Notes: generated by a model not told the origin, from the letters alone. A stretch of 63,302 nt of DNA, filler included, from Octopus bimaculoides (GCF_001194135.2; 4 parts of 4 records of this genome joined end to end with filler, not necessarily neighbours in it), one strand, 5' to 3'. Shown: positions 24,068 through 36,525, numbered from the whole stretch's first letter. Translations and numbers: made by a program.

Positions 24068-25106
24068 TCACGCGCACCACTGGCCAAGCTACACGCTTTA
24101 TTCCCTTCCTAAGGCTACCGAGGAGAGAACGTAAATGCAGCATTTATTTTTCCTTCCGATGAAAAACTTATCTGAGAGAGTGAATTTAATAAAGACTACT
24201 GTCTAGATAGACTTGTGCTTTTTTTTATGCTTTTAAAGACGCGTCGACATGTTAAGAAGCGAGACCATCACACTGACTTCCAGCCCAATAGCAACGTTAT
24301 AGGAGGGTCTCTAACGGTGTTGTCCCACCGCTTGATAAATATATTGATAGTTTTAGGCCAGCTGCCTTCTTCCTCGCTGGCTTTTGTATAGTGCGCCTAG
24401 CTCTTCTTCCCCCACCTTCAGTGCTTTCCCTCTCTCTCCCTCTGCCTCTCTCTACGCCTCTATCTATCTCCTACCACCACCACCAGCCACATTTATACTT
24501 AGCTTCAAATCGATGGCACCTTCCAAGTGGACCAGTTCTTACTCACAAATGGCTTCAGCATCTTTACCGTCTGAATATGTTTATTTATCTGCACGTTGCT
24601 GTAGGAGGTAATTTTTTAAAAGTTTCATTTCAATCAACGATTTTTTTCACTTATCACAAATATATATATATCCATCAGTTTCATTTATTTCCTTTTCCTC
24701 GAATTAACGAAGAAACATTAACGTATTTCTGTGAAACGATACAGCATTTAACTTTGGGTTATTCTGTCGGAAACTTCACTCAGTATAGGAATCGTACATA
24801 TAACTATACCGACTTTAGTTTCACAGAAGAAGGCTAAATCGGATGAGTCTATATGAAGGATTTAAATTCGATAAGCTATATTTTTTTGTCTCGATCCAAT
24901 ATTAAACACGTGTCTTTCTTAGTATGTCTCTAATAACCCCACCACCACCACCACCACCATCGTTGCTAACGCTAACTGCCACAGACGTTGCTAACTTTTA
25001 CCGTCAACTCTAAACTCAATTTCGTTGGATATTCAACGATTATCCCCTTATTTTTATCTGTTGTATATATATTGCGTTTCTTTTACACGAAAAACGTGGA
25101 AGTGTA

Positions 25107-25157
<51 letters not shown>

Positions 25158-25232
25158 AACGAACATACCGCAGTATACATTTCCAGGCGTTTTTGTGTGT
25201 ATGTGATCCTGTCACAGGAATCTATGAACTGT

Positions 25233-25288
<56 letters not shown>

Positions 25289-25332
25289 NNNNNNNNNNNN
25301 NNNNNNNNNNNNNNNNNNNNNNNNNNNNNNNN

Positions 25333-25344
25333 TTAATTAATTAA
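25333..25344. other. Artificial scaffold-join linker (44 N + TTAATTAATTAA + 44 N)
   Basis: Identical 12-mer centred in a 100-bp N block; repeated at 38797 and 57413. Confidence 0.95.
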
Positions 25345-25589
25345 NNNNNNNNNNNNNNNNNNNNNNNNNNNNNNNNNNNNNNNNNNNNTCTTAGTCATGA
25401 AAATCACGAATATAATTTTCATGTGTATGTAGATATCTAAATACATACCTAATCAGATGGACATACATACATACATACATATATACATACATATGCATAT
25501 ACAAATATATATATAATCACAAACGCGCAAACATAGTTACAATAGGGCGTTGGCCATTCAGTTGATTAGATATATTTATGTATCCATTC

Positions 25590-25631
<42 letters not shown>

Positions 25632-25693
25632 CATATAAGCACTAAATGTATGTTTATATATTTGCATATCTGTACATACATTGTGATATATAT

Positions 25694-25736
<43 letters not shown>

Positions 25737-26187
25737 CGTTTGTGTGGGTGGGTGTATTTTCTTATACATTGCATATACATACATACATACATACATACAT
25801 ACATACATCACATCTTACTGAGCTTCATTCGTTTAGTAAGTGGCTTCATACGTGATAATGTGATTCCGTGTTCGGGCCAAAGTAAGTGCAGTATAGTAGA
25901 TACGTTTTATACTGCTACTCATGATTATATTTTGTTTTTATATTGTTTTATATCGTATTATATTTTGTCATACTACATATTTCTATTTCGTATCATATGT
26001 ACATGATATGATATTTTCATTATATCATATTATATCTATTATATTGTATTAAACTGTTATGTTTCTGCTATACTGCAACGTCTAACAGTTATACTTTATT
26101 ATACCAAGCGTTATTAAATCTCAAGTTATGTCGTCGTACACGTCTACAAGCGTATCCCTGACTGTCTATCTGCTGCATGCTATAGAT

Positions 26188-26611
26188 GTTGTTTGGCTTT
26201 TGTTTTGCATTTGTACAAGTTGGATCCAAGTCTCACCCAGAGACCTCAAGAGACAAGTTAGAAGTTCATGTAGGTGTTATGCCTAGGGTACCATATATTT
26301 GGATTTGTACATAGTGTTGTACGAGAGAATGTTTAAGCAACCATAAGGAAATTATGTGTTTGTTTTAAAATTTGAGATCACATAGACAATATTTTACGTA
26401 GGATATGGGCAGTTCCCATGAGCACTATCTTTTGAACTTCAGCCATTTTAGGGTTTCCTGGTATCTGAGCTAGGTAGTAATCAGCCCATTTCGCTGTCAT
26501 TCCCAGGGAACCTATGACAATAGGTATTGTTTTAGTCTTCAGGTTCCACATTTTGCTAATTTCTATTTCAAGATCTTTATATTTGCTCAGTTTTTGGTAG
26601 GTCTTGACAGA

Positions 26612-26612
<1 letters not shown>
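26188..26612 (-). mobile_element. Dong/R4-clade non-LTR retrotransposon 3' end (RLE endonuclease C-terminus plus 3' UTR)
   Basis: Translates SVKTYQKLSKYKDLEIEISKMWNLKTKTIPIVIGSLG..VQKIVLMGTAHILRKILSM* (stop at 26378-26380), the K..KY..L....IPIVIG.LG..GTAHILR pattern of R4/Dong RLE domains. Confidence 0.85.

Positions 26613-26693
<81 letters not shown>
26613..26693. repeat. (ATT)n/(TAA)n microsatellite
   Basis: Perfect trinucleotide run of about 80 bp. Confidence 0.97.
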
Positions 26694-26810
26694 TCATTTA
26701 TTTGCCACAAGGGCGAAGGATGAGCGGGTCGATACAGAGACAGACATAAAGTGTGGGGTTTACATATGATAATGAAAGGATAAGGAAAAAACAAACAAAA
26801 GTACACATAT
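26694..26810 (-). mobile_element. Retroposon 3' tail ending in (AAT)n
   Basis: Minus strand CCCTTGTGGCAAATAAATGAAATAATAAT resembles the CCCCTTGTGGGCAATAAAGAAAT tail at 28459-28481. Confidence 0.55.
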
Positions 26811-26884
26811 GGATAGCATGCAAAGGTACAAAATCTTGAGGGATTTTGTACATCAACACCTTGCTCAGCTATTCAGCTAGTCCT

Positions 26885-27045
26885 TATTTTATCGACCCCA
26901 TTGCTTAACTGGTACTTATTTTCTTGACCCCCTTTCGGGATGAAGGGAATAGTCGACCGCAGCGGAATTTGATTTCAGAAAGTAAATCCAGAAGAAATGT
27001 CGCTGAACATTTCGTTCGGCATGTTAACGATGCTGCTATCTGGCG
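26885..27045 (-). mobile_element. SINE family B, diverged
   Basis: TTTTATCGACCCC..AACTGGTACTTATTTT..TTTCGGGATGAAGG..GTCGACCGCAGCGGAATTTGA. Confidence 0.75.
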
Positions 27046-27607
27046 AATAACCATAGCATTGAAGACTGCATGAGTGGTCTAACAATACCTCCAGAGCCTC
27101 CAGTTTCCATCCACCATTCAACAACTAACGGGGAACAAAAAATATTTTATGGATTTTTAAAAAAATCGTAACTTCTTTAGAGTTAGGTGATGTCTGACGA
27201 TTCTCCGAAACGTCATGAGGTAACATTAATTAATCTTTTAGTTACCCTACATATGACTTTTAAATTGTTCCCTTCCGTTGTTCCACAGAACATATATAGA
27301 GAATCTCTTCTCTATAATTTTTTCACGTACCTATAAACCAATAAGCCCGTTAATCAATATTGTATGGAATGTTTTGTTATTCCAGGATTATGCCATTGCG
27401 GCAGATAAGGAAACTATTAATGTTATTGTTATTATGGATTAGGTTGTTACTGTTGCTGTTGTTGTTGTTGATGTTGTTGTTGTTTTTGTTGCTATTAACC
27501 AATGGAATGTGTAATAAATTGACAATCCTATTTAGTTAGCTGGGTTTTATTCCCTTAAGTGAATCTCTATTGTTAAGAGTTCTCATTAATATATCTAATA
27601 TATATAT

Positions 27608-27653
<46 letters not shown>

Positions 27654-28251
27654 GGTATATATAATTAATATATGTAATATAAATCAATCTATGTGTGTGT
27701 GTGTCTATGTATGTATATATATATAAACACATATGCATATGTCTACGTGATATATATGTATATAATCAAAACATCTATATGTATATATTTGTAATTATAT
27801 ATAATATATATATATATATATGCATACAAATAATTATATACATATATATATATATATACATACACATAATTGTATACAAATATNNNNNNNNNNTATATAT
27901 ATATATATATATATATATATACGTATGCGCATATATATACATACATATGTCTGGCAGACGGATTTTATTCGTTTTTGCCACTTCATATTTTTTTATTCTA
28001 TTATGGCGACATCAACATGAAAATTTCATTCCGTTCGGATTGGTTATAGACTTTCTATTCTTTATTCTCATTGCTGTTGTTGATGAAGTTTTCTGTTGTT
28101 GCTCACGATACTGCTGCACATTGTTGCAGCTATTGTTGTGTTTTCTTGTTGGTTTTTGTTGTTGCTTTTATATTTTTGCTGGTGACATTGTCGAAAAGAA
28201 TTTTTTAGGCTTTGATATATTTGGAATTTTATTATAATTATTATTAATAAT

Positions 28252-28690
28252 GCAGCGAGCTGGTAGAATCGTTAGCAGGTCGGGCAAAATGCTTAGCGGT
28301 ATTTCGTCTACCGCTACGTTCTGAGTTCAAATTCCTCCGAGGTCGACTTTGCCTTTCATCTTCTCGGGGTCGATTAAATAAGTACCAGTTACGCACTGGG
28401 GTCGACGTAATCGACTTAATCCCTTTGTCTGTCCTTGTTTATCCCCTCTATGTTTAACCCCTTGTGGGCAATAAAGAAATAAGAAACGTTAGCACGCCGG
28501 GCGAAATGCTTAGCGGTATTTCGTCTGTCTTTACGTTCTGGGTTGAAATTCCGCCGAGGTCGACTTTGCCTTTCATCCTTTCGCGGTCGATAAATTAAGT
28601 ACCAATTGCGTAATGGCGTCGATCTAATCGACTGGCTCCTCTCCCTCCCCCAAAATTTCGGGCCTTGTGCCGACAGTAAAAAAGATTATT
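28252..28690 (+). mobile_element. Dimeric (head-to-tail) SINE family B, young
   Basis: Two units (28252-28481 and 28482-28690), each with GTTAGCA..GAAATGCTTAGCGGTATTTCGTC, B-box and GTCGACTTTGCCTTTCATC domain. Confidence 0.9.
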
Positions 28691-28716
28691 AACATATATG
28701 CTTCCGATGTCGCCTT

Positions 28717-29049
28717 CTAACACCTTGTTTCTGTAGAACTGTAAATTCTGTCATCTTCATGTCTTCCCGTTGCCGTAGAAATGGAAGCAGATGGTCTCTT
28801 GTTCTGACACCATTCCATCTGAAAGTCCCTGTCCTTCATCACTTGGACTGCTAACAGGCAGATAATAACATAGATATCAAAACGGAGATCATTAAGACTT
28901 CGTTTTTCTTTGCTGTTGATGGAGGCGGTATCAGTACACGTGATTGTGACGTCATTGTAGTTGCTGTAGTTGCTGTTTGTCACCATCGTCTCGTCTTCGT
29001 TGATATTGTTGTTGTTGTTGTTTTTGTTGCTGTCCTCGTCGTCGCTCAT
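28717..29049 (-). CDS. Candidate host coding exon or small ORF (110 aa, acidic/Asn-rich N-terminus), product unknown
   Basis: Unique non-repeat ORF MSDDEDSNKNNNNNNINEDETMV..; start context GCAACATGA; CA-rich leader; possible donor AAG|GTGTTA at 28724/28723. No recognisable domain. Confidence 0.33.
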   Translation of the reverse strand: MSDDEDSNKNNNNNNINEDETMVTNSNYSNYNDVTITCTDTASINSKEKRSLNDLRFDIYVIICLLAVQVMKDRDFQMEWCQNKRPSASISTATGRHEDDRIYSSTETRC

Positions 29050-29185
29050 GTTGCTTTCAGTTGTGTTTTGGGAACAGTTGTGTGGTGAAGTGTGAGTGTC
29101 TTTGTTCGTCTGCTTGTTTGTGTCTAAGTGACTGTGAATGTGTGTGTGTGAGTATGTGTTGGAGAATTAAAGAGAGAGAGAGAGA

Positions 29186-29228
<43 letters not shown>

Positions 29229-29433
29229 AGAGAGAGTGAGAGAAACGGGTAGATAAATATAAAGTGTATAATCATACGTATATATGCATGTGTATATGTA
29301 TATATGTAGGTGTGTATGTTGAAAATGGTTAGAGAGAAAGTGATACAGAGAGAGAGATGAAGAAACATAGAAGCAAAGAATATGTCTTCCTTTGTACGTG
29401 TGTATGTGTGGATGTGTAGCTGAGAAAGAGAGG

Positions 29434-29469
<36 letters not shown>

Positions 29470-29886
29470 TACACACACAGAGGAAGACAAAGAGACAGAA
29501 GAAGAGAGAGACAAAAAGGGAGAGCACACGCATATGAGAAAGAGACAAAGAGGTGTTGAGAGGAATATGGGGCATGGAACCATGGGAATGTGTTTGTTTG
29601 TGGGTTGTTTGTCTGCTGTGCTTGCACGTGTGAGTCTGTGTAGATGTAGACGTATGTAGGCCTGGCCCGATGATGAATATTTTAAATATGAAGATAACAT
29701 GAGGGAGAGAGAGAGAGAAGAAGAAGAAGAGCGAGAGAAGAAGAGACAGAAAAGGAGAGAGAAGGAAGGAGAGACAGTAAGTGATGAGAAGAGAGAATAA
29801 AAAGAAAATATATTATAATACATTTATTATATCTCTGTATCTACGTGGGTGTGTATTAGTATGTTAGTGTGTGTGTTTATATATAT

Positions 29887-29936
<50 letters not shown>

Positions 29937-29938
<2 letters not shown>

Positions 29939-30030
29939 GACCGTCTTCTTTCAGTTACTGTCGAACAAATCCACTCACATGGCTTTGGTCGGCCCGACGC
30001 TATAGAAGAAGAAACATGCCTAAGGTGCCA
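29937..30030 (-). mobile_element. SINE family A fragment
   Basis: TACGACCGTCTTCTTTCAGTT..AAATCCACTCACATGGCTTTGGTCGGCCCG. Confidence 0.75.
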
Positions 30031-30145
30031 ATAGTTCAGTTTAAGTGTTGTTTTTCACTGATCTGCAGCTTTATGTTAGCATCCGCACCGTTTCTCTTCT
30101 CTGTTCCAAATCATAATAACAGGTCTGTTGAGCTTACATTTTATT

Positions 30146-30212
30146 GCGGTTTTGAACTCACGACCTTACGATCGCGAGCCGAATGCCCGAACCACTAAGC
30201 CACGCGCCTTCA
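30146..30212 (-). mobile_element. SINE family C tRNA-like head
   Basis: GAACTCACGACCTTACGATCGCGAGCCGAATGCCCGAACCACTAAGCCACGCGCC. Confidence 0.8.
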
Positions 30213-30435
30213 CAATATCTCTCCAGATCGACTGGTTTGAAACTAAGAATACAGAGTAAAGAAAACGAAACAGCGTAAGTAATTTTACTGACGTACATCA
30301 AATATTGATCGTAATCTTCACTCTTTTTAACTATTAAGCATTTAAACCGATCGTATACCGACCATGTTTATCCCAAATATTTTACTCGTTTTTGTTTAAA
30401 CCAATCAGATCTGGTCTCTTACAACTACCCAACAT

Positions 30436-30880
30436 TGACACCCTTGTTCGAATGTCTGACACCGGACTCTCCAAGAGACGGTTTTACAGCGAACTGACGG
30501 AGGGCAAGTACACGCAAGGTCGACAGAAAAGGTGCTTCAAGGATACACACAAATCCTCACTGAGGAGCTTTGAGATCAGCCGCGGCATCTGCGACACGCA
30601 AGCAGACGACTGACTTGCATGGCGATGATGCACCAATTGACTGGTAGAGATGCAGTAATGTCACCTCATACGAGGGGAACAGGATTACAGGAGCACCAAG
30701 AAAACGCAGAGTGCGCAAGCGCATAACAGACTCAATTGCCTTCAGTCGCAACAGACCACCAGTGGCCGACTTGCCGGGAGAGAATTCAGGCCACGAATCG
30801 GACTGACTGGATATAGCCAGACACACCGTGACCGCCTTCTTCTCCCATCCGATGTCCAGGATTAGCGTCGACAGCAACTA
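30436..30880 (+). mobile_element. RTE-BovB-like LINE 3' fragment (pseudogenised ORF C-terminus)
   Basis: LVRMSDTGLSKRRFYSELTEGKYTQGRQKRCFKDTHKSSLRSFEI..QADD*LAWR, later REFRPRIGLTGYSQTH; matches the BovB-type RM.D.RLPK..FYGEL..GKRSQGGQKKRFKD..RARIGL.SH pattern. Confidence 0.85.
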
Positions 30881-31232
30881 AGGAATTTTGAAATCTGGAA
30901 GCAACACAATGGGAATAGATAAACGTAAACAGGAATTTTAAAGAGTTGAAGCGAACGGATTTCTCATTTCCTCCGTTGGTTTCGTGAAAGGAGGTCAAAA
31001 TCGTGCTTAGATATGTAGGGAGTTAGGTAGGAATTATGTAGGTAGGTAGGTAGGTAGATTGATAGGTAGGTAGGTAGGTAGGTAGGAGAGTTTGTAAATA
31101 GGTAGGTACGTATTAATATGTACAGAGGTAGTTTAAAAAGTATATATGTTAATAGGAAATAGACCGGAAGTTAGGCAATTATGCGTGTAAATATATATAT
31201 ACGTTTACACGTACACAGGCACATACACACAC

Positions 31233-31267
<35 letters not shown>

Positions 31268-31581
31268 TATTCATATACATATACATATATATGAATGTGT
31301 GTATACGTGTAAATGTGGGGAGGCTTATGTAGGTATGTTTGCAAGTTCAGGGTAGGTGGGAAGGTGGCTGGATTGGTGCAGATATACTTAAATATGTAAG
31401 AAAGTTGGTAGGTATGTAGGTAGGTAGATAGGTAGGTAGGCAGGCAGGCAAGTGGGTAGGTAGATAAGTAGCTATGTGGGTAGGAAGTGATATATATTTC
31501 TAGGTAATGCCTATATGCAACGATTGTGTATCTATGCATGCCTGTTGCTATGTATGCGAGTATATGTACTGTATATATAGG

Positions 31582-31655
<74 letters not shown>

Positions 31656-31694
31656 TGTGTATATGTGTATATGTGTATATGTACTGTATATATA

Positions 31695-31728
<34 letters not shown>

Positions 31729-31822
31729 GGCATGTAAGTATATATCTATGTTTGCTGTAGTGTGTCTATGTATATATGTACATACCTATCTATCTGTCTG
31801 TCTCTCTATCAATTTATCTATT

Positions 31823-31869
<47 letters not shown>

Positions 31870-32060
31870 GTCTGTCTGTCTGTCTGTCTGCCTATCTCCA
31901 TATGAATGTGCACAAGTGATTAGATAGGCATGTACGCATAAGCATATAAATACACACACACTCACACATATAATATAGTATATATTAATTAACTATCCAG
32001 TTACATACACATATGCTAATTTACCTATCTACTTACCTACTTACCTACGCACACACACGC

Positions 32061-32091
<31 letters not shown>

Positions 32092-32113
32092 ATAGATAGA
32101 TAGATAGACAGAC

Positions 32114-32187
<74 letters not shown>

Positions 32188-32910
32188 GGTTTTAAGCAGA
32201 TAGGCAGGAAGAACGGTCGATGGGTGAGAGACGAATTGATCCATGCAAAGTGTTTTAAAAGTCTGCAAAACAAATTAGAAAGAAAGAACAGAAAATGTTA
32301 TGAAAAAAACGTCTGCAAAAGTGTGATGGATTCTGAGGTAAACAGAGAGGAAAAGAGAATGAAAGAATGTTATAAGATCATGGTCTAATTTTTTGGTAAT
32401 TTGATTCGCATTCTTAAGGTCGCTGGATCAATTCCGGGAAAGGGCACCAATTAGTGATACCCAACGCCTCAATTTCTTCTCTGAAATTCTTCAGTATATC
32501 ATTTTCTGCTGAAAATTTGACCGCTATTTCTAGGAGGCTGTCTATCCACATAAAGATTCCCTCTTCGACTAGCTTCTCTAAATTTCGCTTCCTCCAGTGG
32601 TATGTATCGCCTTTGTAACCAAACTGAACACAATCAAATGAAATTAACTTCAGTCACTCTGCTTAACTGTATCGTGCTCTTGCCCTCCCACGAGTTTAGC
32701 TTGGAGGAGGCTAGGTTTCCCGTTAATCTCCATCATTCTCCACACGTTAAGCATAGAACAGGACGTCTTCGTTACTGCTGTATTGGTGTTAATATATCGA
32801 GTCCCCGGGGCTGCATGAAACGTTGAAATTAAATAATTTAATAGATTACATGCTATCGCTTTAAATAGTGTAATCAATATGTTACTCCAGAGAGGAATAG
32901 TGAAAGGTGT

Positions 32911-32938
32911 TGAAAGTGTGAGAGAGACAGACGGAGGC

Positions 32939-32981
<43 letters not shown>

Positions 32982-33357
32982 CTAGGAGAGAGAGTGCGAG
33001 AAAGAGAGCGGAAGTAAGAGAGAGGGAGAGGAAGGGAAAGAAACAGAAAGAGAGAGTCAGAGAGGCAAAGACTAAGGGAAAGTGTGAGAGAGAAAGACAG
33101 AAGAAAATAGAGACATAGTGAGAGACAAAGACAGAGAGAGAGAAAGATATAGTGGGAGGGAGGGAGAGACAAAGGGACGGATAGACAGAGGGATGGAGGG
33201 AGGGAAAGAGAGAGAGACAGACAAAGGTAGAGAGATAGAGACAAAGAGAAAGTGAGAGTGATAGGGATGGAAGGAAAGACAGAGAGAAGTGAGAAAAAGA
33301 TAACCAGACACAGACAGAGAGAAAGGGACAGACAGAGAGATAGAGGCAAACATGGAA

Positions 33358-33426
<69 letters not shown>

Positions 33427-33430
33427 AAGC

Positions 33431-33469
<39 letters not shown>

Positions 33470-33700
33470 GCAAACATGGAGAGAGTGAGAGAGAGAGAGA
33501 CATAGAGAGACTGAGAGAGAGAGAGACTGAGAGACCGACAGTGACAAATAGAGAGAGACAGAGAGAAGCAGACGAATAGGATAGACGGCGCGAAATAAAA
33601 AGATAGTGAGAAAGACAGAGAGAGAGAGAGACAGAGAGAGAAAGAGAGACAGAGAGAGAGAGTGGGTGTAAGAAGGAGGAGTTAGACAAAAAGAGGAGAG
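32911..33700. repeat. Compound (AG)n/(GACA)n purine-rich tract
   Basis: About 800 bp of degenerate GA repeats; source of the poly-SL/RE ORFs. Confidence 0.95.
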
Positions 33701-34034
33701 AGATGAGTGAAGGATGCGGTTCGGGTTAGATAGAAGAAGATGAAAGACATATCTGGAAGTTGAGGGAAATACAATTTGCAAGAATTCTTTCGTTCTGAGT
33801 TTGAGATGTTATTTGGAGTTGGAATTAATAGAAAAATGGTACTTCGAAAAATAGACGTCTTTTAACGAATAGGGTTGATAAAGCAACCCCAATTTTATAT
33901 ATTCGATACGTTGTTCAGCTTTGCTACACACACATATATGAACGATAGGCTTCTTTCAGTTTTCGTCCACTACATCACACCACAGAAGGATCGAACCTGG
34001 AACTCTGTGCTTCACAGAGTTTCGGGTTCATATA

Positions 34035-34066
<32 letters not shown>

Positions 34067-34069
34067 ACG

Positions 34070-34260
34070 ATAAACGTCGCCCTTTCAAAGTCTAGCCAGG
34101 CCCATGGGCCCGGTTTCCCGGTTTCTATGGCGTATGTGTTCCCTACCAGCTGGACGGGACGCCAGTCCATCGCAGCGTTACTCAAGAAACAGGAAGAAAG
34201 AGTGAGAGAAAGTTGGGGCGGAAGAGTACAACAGGGGTCACCACCACCCCCTGCCGGAGC
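34070..34260 (-). mobile_element. SINE family C 3' part plus internal segment, cut by a gap
   Basis: CTAGCCAGGCCCATGGGCCCGGTTTCCCGG..GGACGGGACGCCAGTCCATCGCAGCG matches 11630-11725. Confidence 0.8.
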
Positions 34261-34347
34261 NNNNNNNNNNNNNNNNNNNNNNNNNNNNNNNNNNNNNNNN
34301 NNNNNNNNNNNNNNNNNNNNNNNNNNNNNNNNNNNNNNNNNNNNNNA

Positions 34348-34600
34348 ACTGACCAACTACTTTCTCCCTTTCTCCCTTCCCCCATTTTCACACTACATAC
34401 GTCAAGATCACCAGCAGTCTACCTCCCACACACAGGCCCTCGTTCCCGATCACCGTTTGTTATCTCCCCCTTTCTTAGCTCTCCTGAAATAAGAATTTCT
34501 AACTTCCGGTCAGTCATTGTTATGATCGGCCATTATTATGATTGACCGTTGACTGAACACTATTCAATTTTTTTTCTCCGTGTTTTTCTCCTTGTCTCCG
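34348..34600 (+). mobile_element. Interspersed repeat, possibly a Penelope-type terminal region
   Basis: Non-microsatellite block between gap and SINE tail; the assignment rests on recall only, with no diagnostic motif in the window. Confidence 0.25.
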
Positions 34601-34939
34601 TGGTGGTGGTGGTGGGGGCTAAACATAGAGAGGACAAACAGAGGGATTAAGTCGATTATTTTTCCAAAATTTCTGTTGCGTCTTGCAACTTTTTCAATAG
34701 TTTTTGACTCTGTCCGTTAAACAAACAAAAAGGAACGCAGTGTAAATATCGATATAAAGATATTTTTCGATTCGTGGTCGTTTGTGAGGGTTAAATTTTA
34801 CTACATATCGTCATCCTAAAATACCAGACTGGATTTTCTGTAATAATTAATTAGGTCTAACGATTAAAGGATTCTGCTTGCTGTAAGTACGATCTAGAGA
34901 CTTGATTTATATTCTCTGTCCTACAGAGAGAGGGAGAGA

Positions 34940-34992
<53 letters not shown>

Positions 34993-35109
34993 CTCTATAT
35001 CCTGAGAATTGAAGCCGATAATTTGTGACTTGCTGGTAATCCTCCCCGCCATAATTACGTACACCAGTAACACCTGCTTTGTTACCGCGAACGTTGTTAT
35101 CGTAATGAC

Positions 35110-35657
35110 GTTTGGTCATCATCATCCGTCTCCTCCTCTTCTTTATTTTTCTTCTTCATCACCATCATCATCATCATCATCATCATCATCGTCGTCGTCG
35201 TCGTCGACTTCCTCCTACTATTCCCTCTCCTTCTGATGCCCCTCCTCCTCCTCCTCCTCCTCCTCTTCTTCTTCTTCTTCATCATCATCATCACTGTCCT
35301 CCTTCCCTCCTCCTCTTCCTGATCATCATCATCATCTTCTTTCTTCTTCTTCTCTTCATCATCATCACCGTCCTCTTACGGCTGCTTTTCCTCCTCCTCC
35401 TCATCATCAAATTCTTCTTCTTCTTCTTCTCCTCCCCTCCTTCGTCTTCTTCATCTCCTACGACAGCACAGGTAGCAACAGGAGGGGGAGTAGGAGGACG
35501 AAGGTAGGAAAGGGGCTTCGGAGAGTAGGGTAAGGAGGAACGCCGTCATTAGGTTCATCCTCGTCCTCCTCCTCCTCACCTACACCACCTTCGTCATCGT
35601 TGTCATCATCGTCCCCGATCTTAACTCACCTTCCCTAATCATCCTTATCATTAATAC

Positions 35658-35698
<41 letters not shown>

Positions 35699-36029
35699 CC
35701 CGCGTCGTCGTCGTTATTATCATCATCGTCCTCGTTCTCAGTAACGGCATCATCATCATCATCGCCATCCTAGCAGCAACACCACCACCACCACCACCAC
35801 CGTCACCACAACTATCATTACCATCATCGACGCGGCGCCGCCAGTACAATCACCACCATCACCATCACCACCACACGGTGACGACGACGACGACGACGAC
35901 GACGGCCACACCACCTCCACCACAACAACGATCATAACCACCACCACTACTACCATCATCATCACCGTCAACATCATCATCATCATCATCATCATCATCG
36001 TTATCATCATCGTTATCATCATCATCATC

Positions 36030-36061
<32 letters not shown>

Positions 36062-36080
36062 CATCGTTATCATCATCGTT

Positions 36081-36138
<58 letters not shown>

Positions 36139-36180
36139 ACATCACCATCATCTACGCCATCGTCGTCATCTTCCCGTCAT
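35110..36180. repeat. Compound trinucleotide array (CAT/CGT/CCT/CTT/CAC)n
   Basis: About 1.1 kb of alternating trinucleotide runs; no single reading frame stays open across it. Confidence 0.92.
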
Positions 36181-36339
36181 TATAAACGTACAAACATTAA
36201 GCAATACTGTGCTGTTGGTCGATTTCAAGCACTGTTAACTTCTCTCTCTCCCTCTCTCTTTCTCTCCCTCTCTCTCCCTCTCTCTCCCTCTCTCTCCCTC
36301 CCTCTCTCTCTCTCTCTCTCTTTCTCGGGTGGTGATAAC

Positions 36340-36525
36340 GTGTGTATGCGTATGTATGCATGTGTGTGTGTGTGTATGTGTGTGTGTGTATGTGTGTATG
36401 TGTGTGTGTATGTGTGTATGTGTGTGTGTATGTGTGTATGTGTGTGTGTGTATGTGTGTATGCGTGTGTGTATGTGTGTATGCGTGTGTATGTGTGTATG
36501 CGTGTGTGTGTGTGTATGTGTGTTG
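36340..36525. repeat. (TG)n/(TGTGTA)n compound microsatellite
   Basis: Directly visible. Confidence 0.95.

Noticed and set aside
25289-25388. Palindromic TTAATTAATTAA inside N runs (also at 38797 and 57413)
   Set aside because: Identical 44N-12-44N layout three times, with stops in all six frames. This is a scaffolding linker, not biology, and adjacency across it cannot be trusted.
27192-27222. CTGACGA..GAAACGTC hammerhead-like core
   Set aside because: No stem II, and the flanks cannot form stem I.
30146-30212. tRNA-like sequences with A and B boxes (also at 57117, 16111, 32380)
   Set aside because: They are SINE heads continuing into SINE bodies; no complete cloverleaf or acceptor stem.
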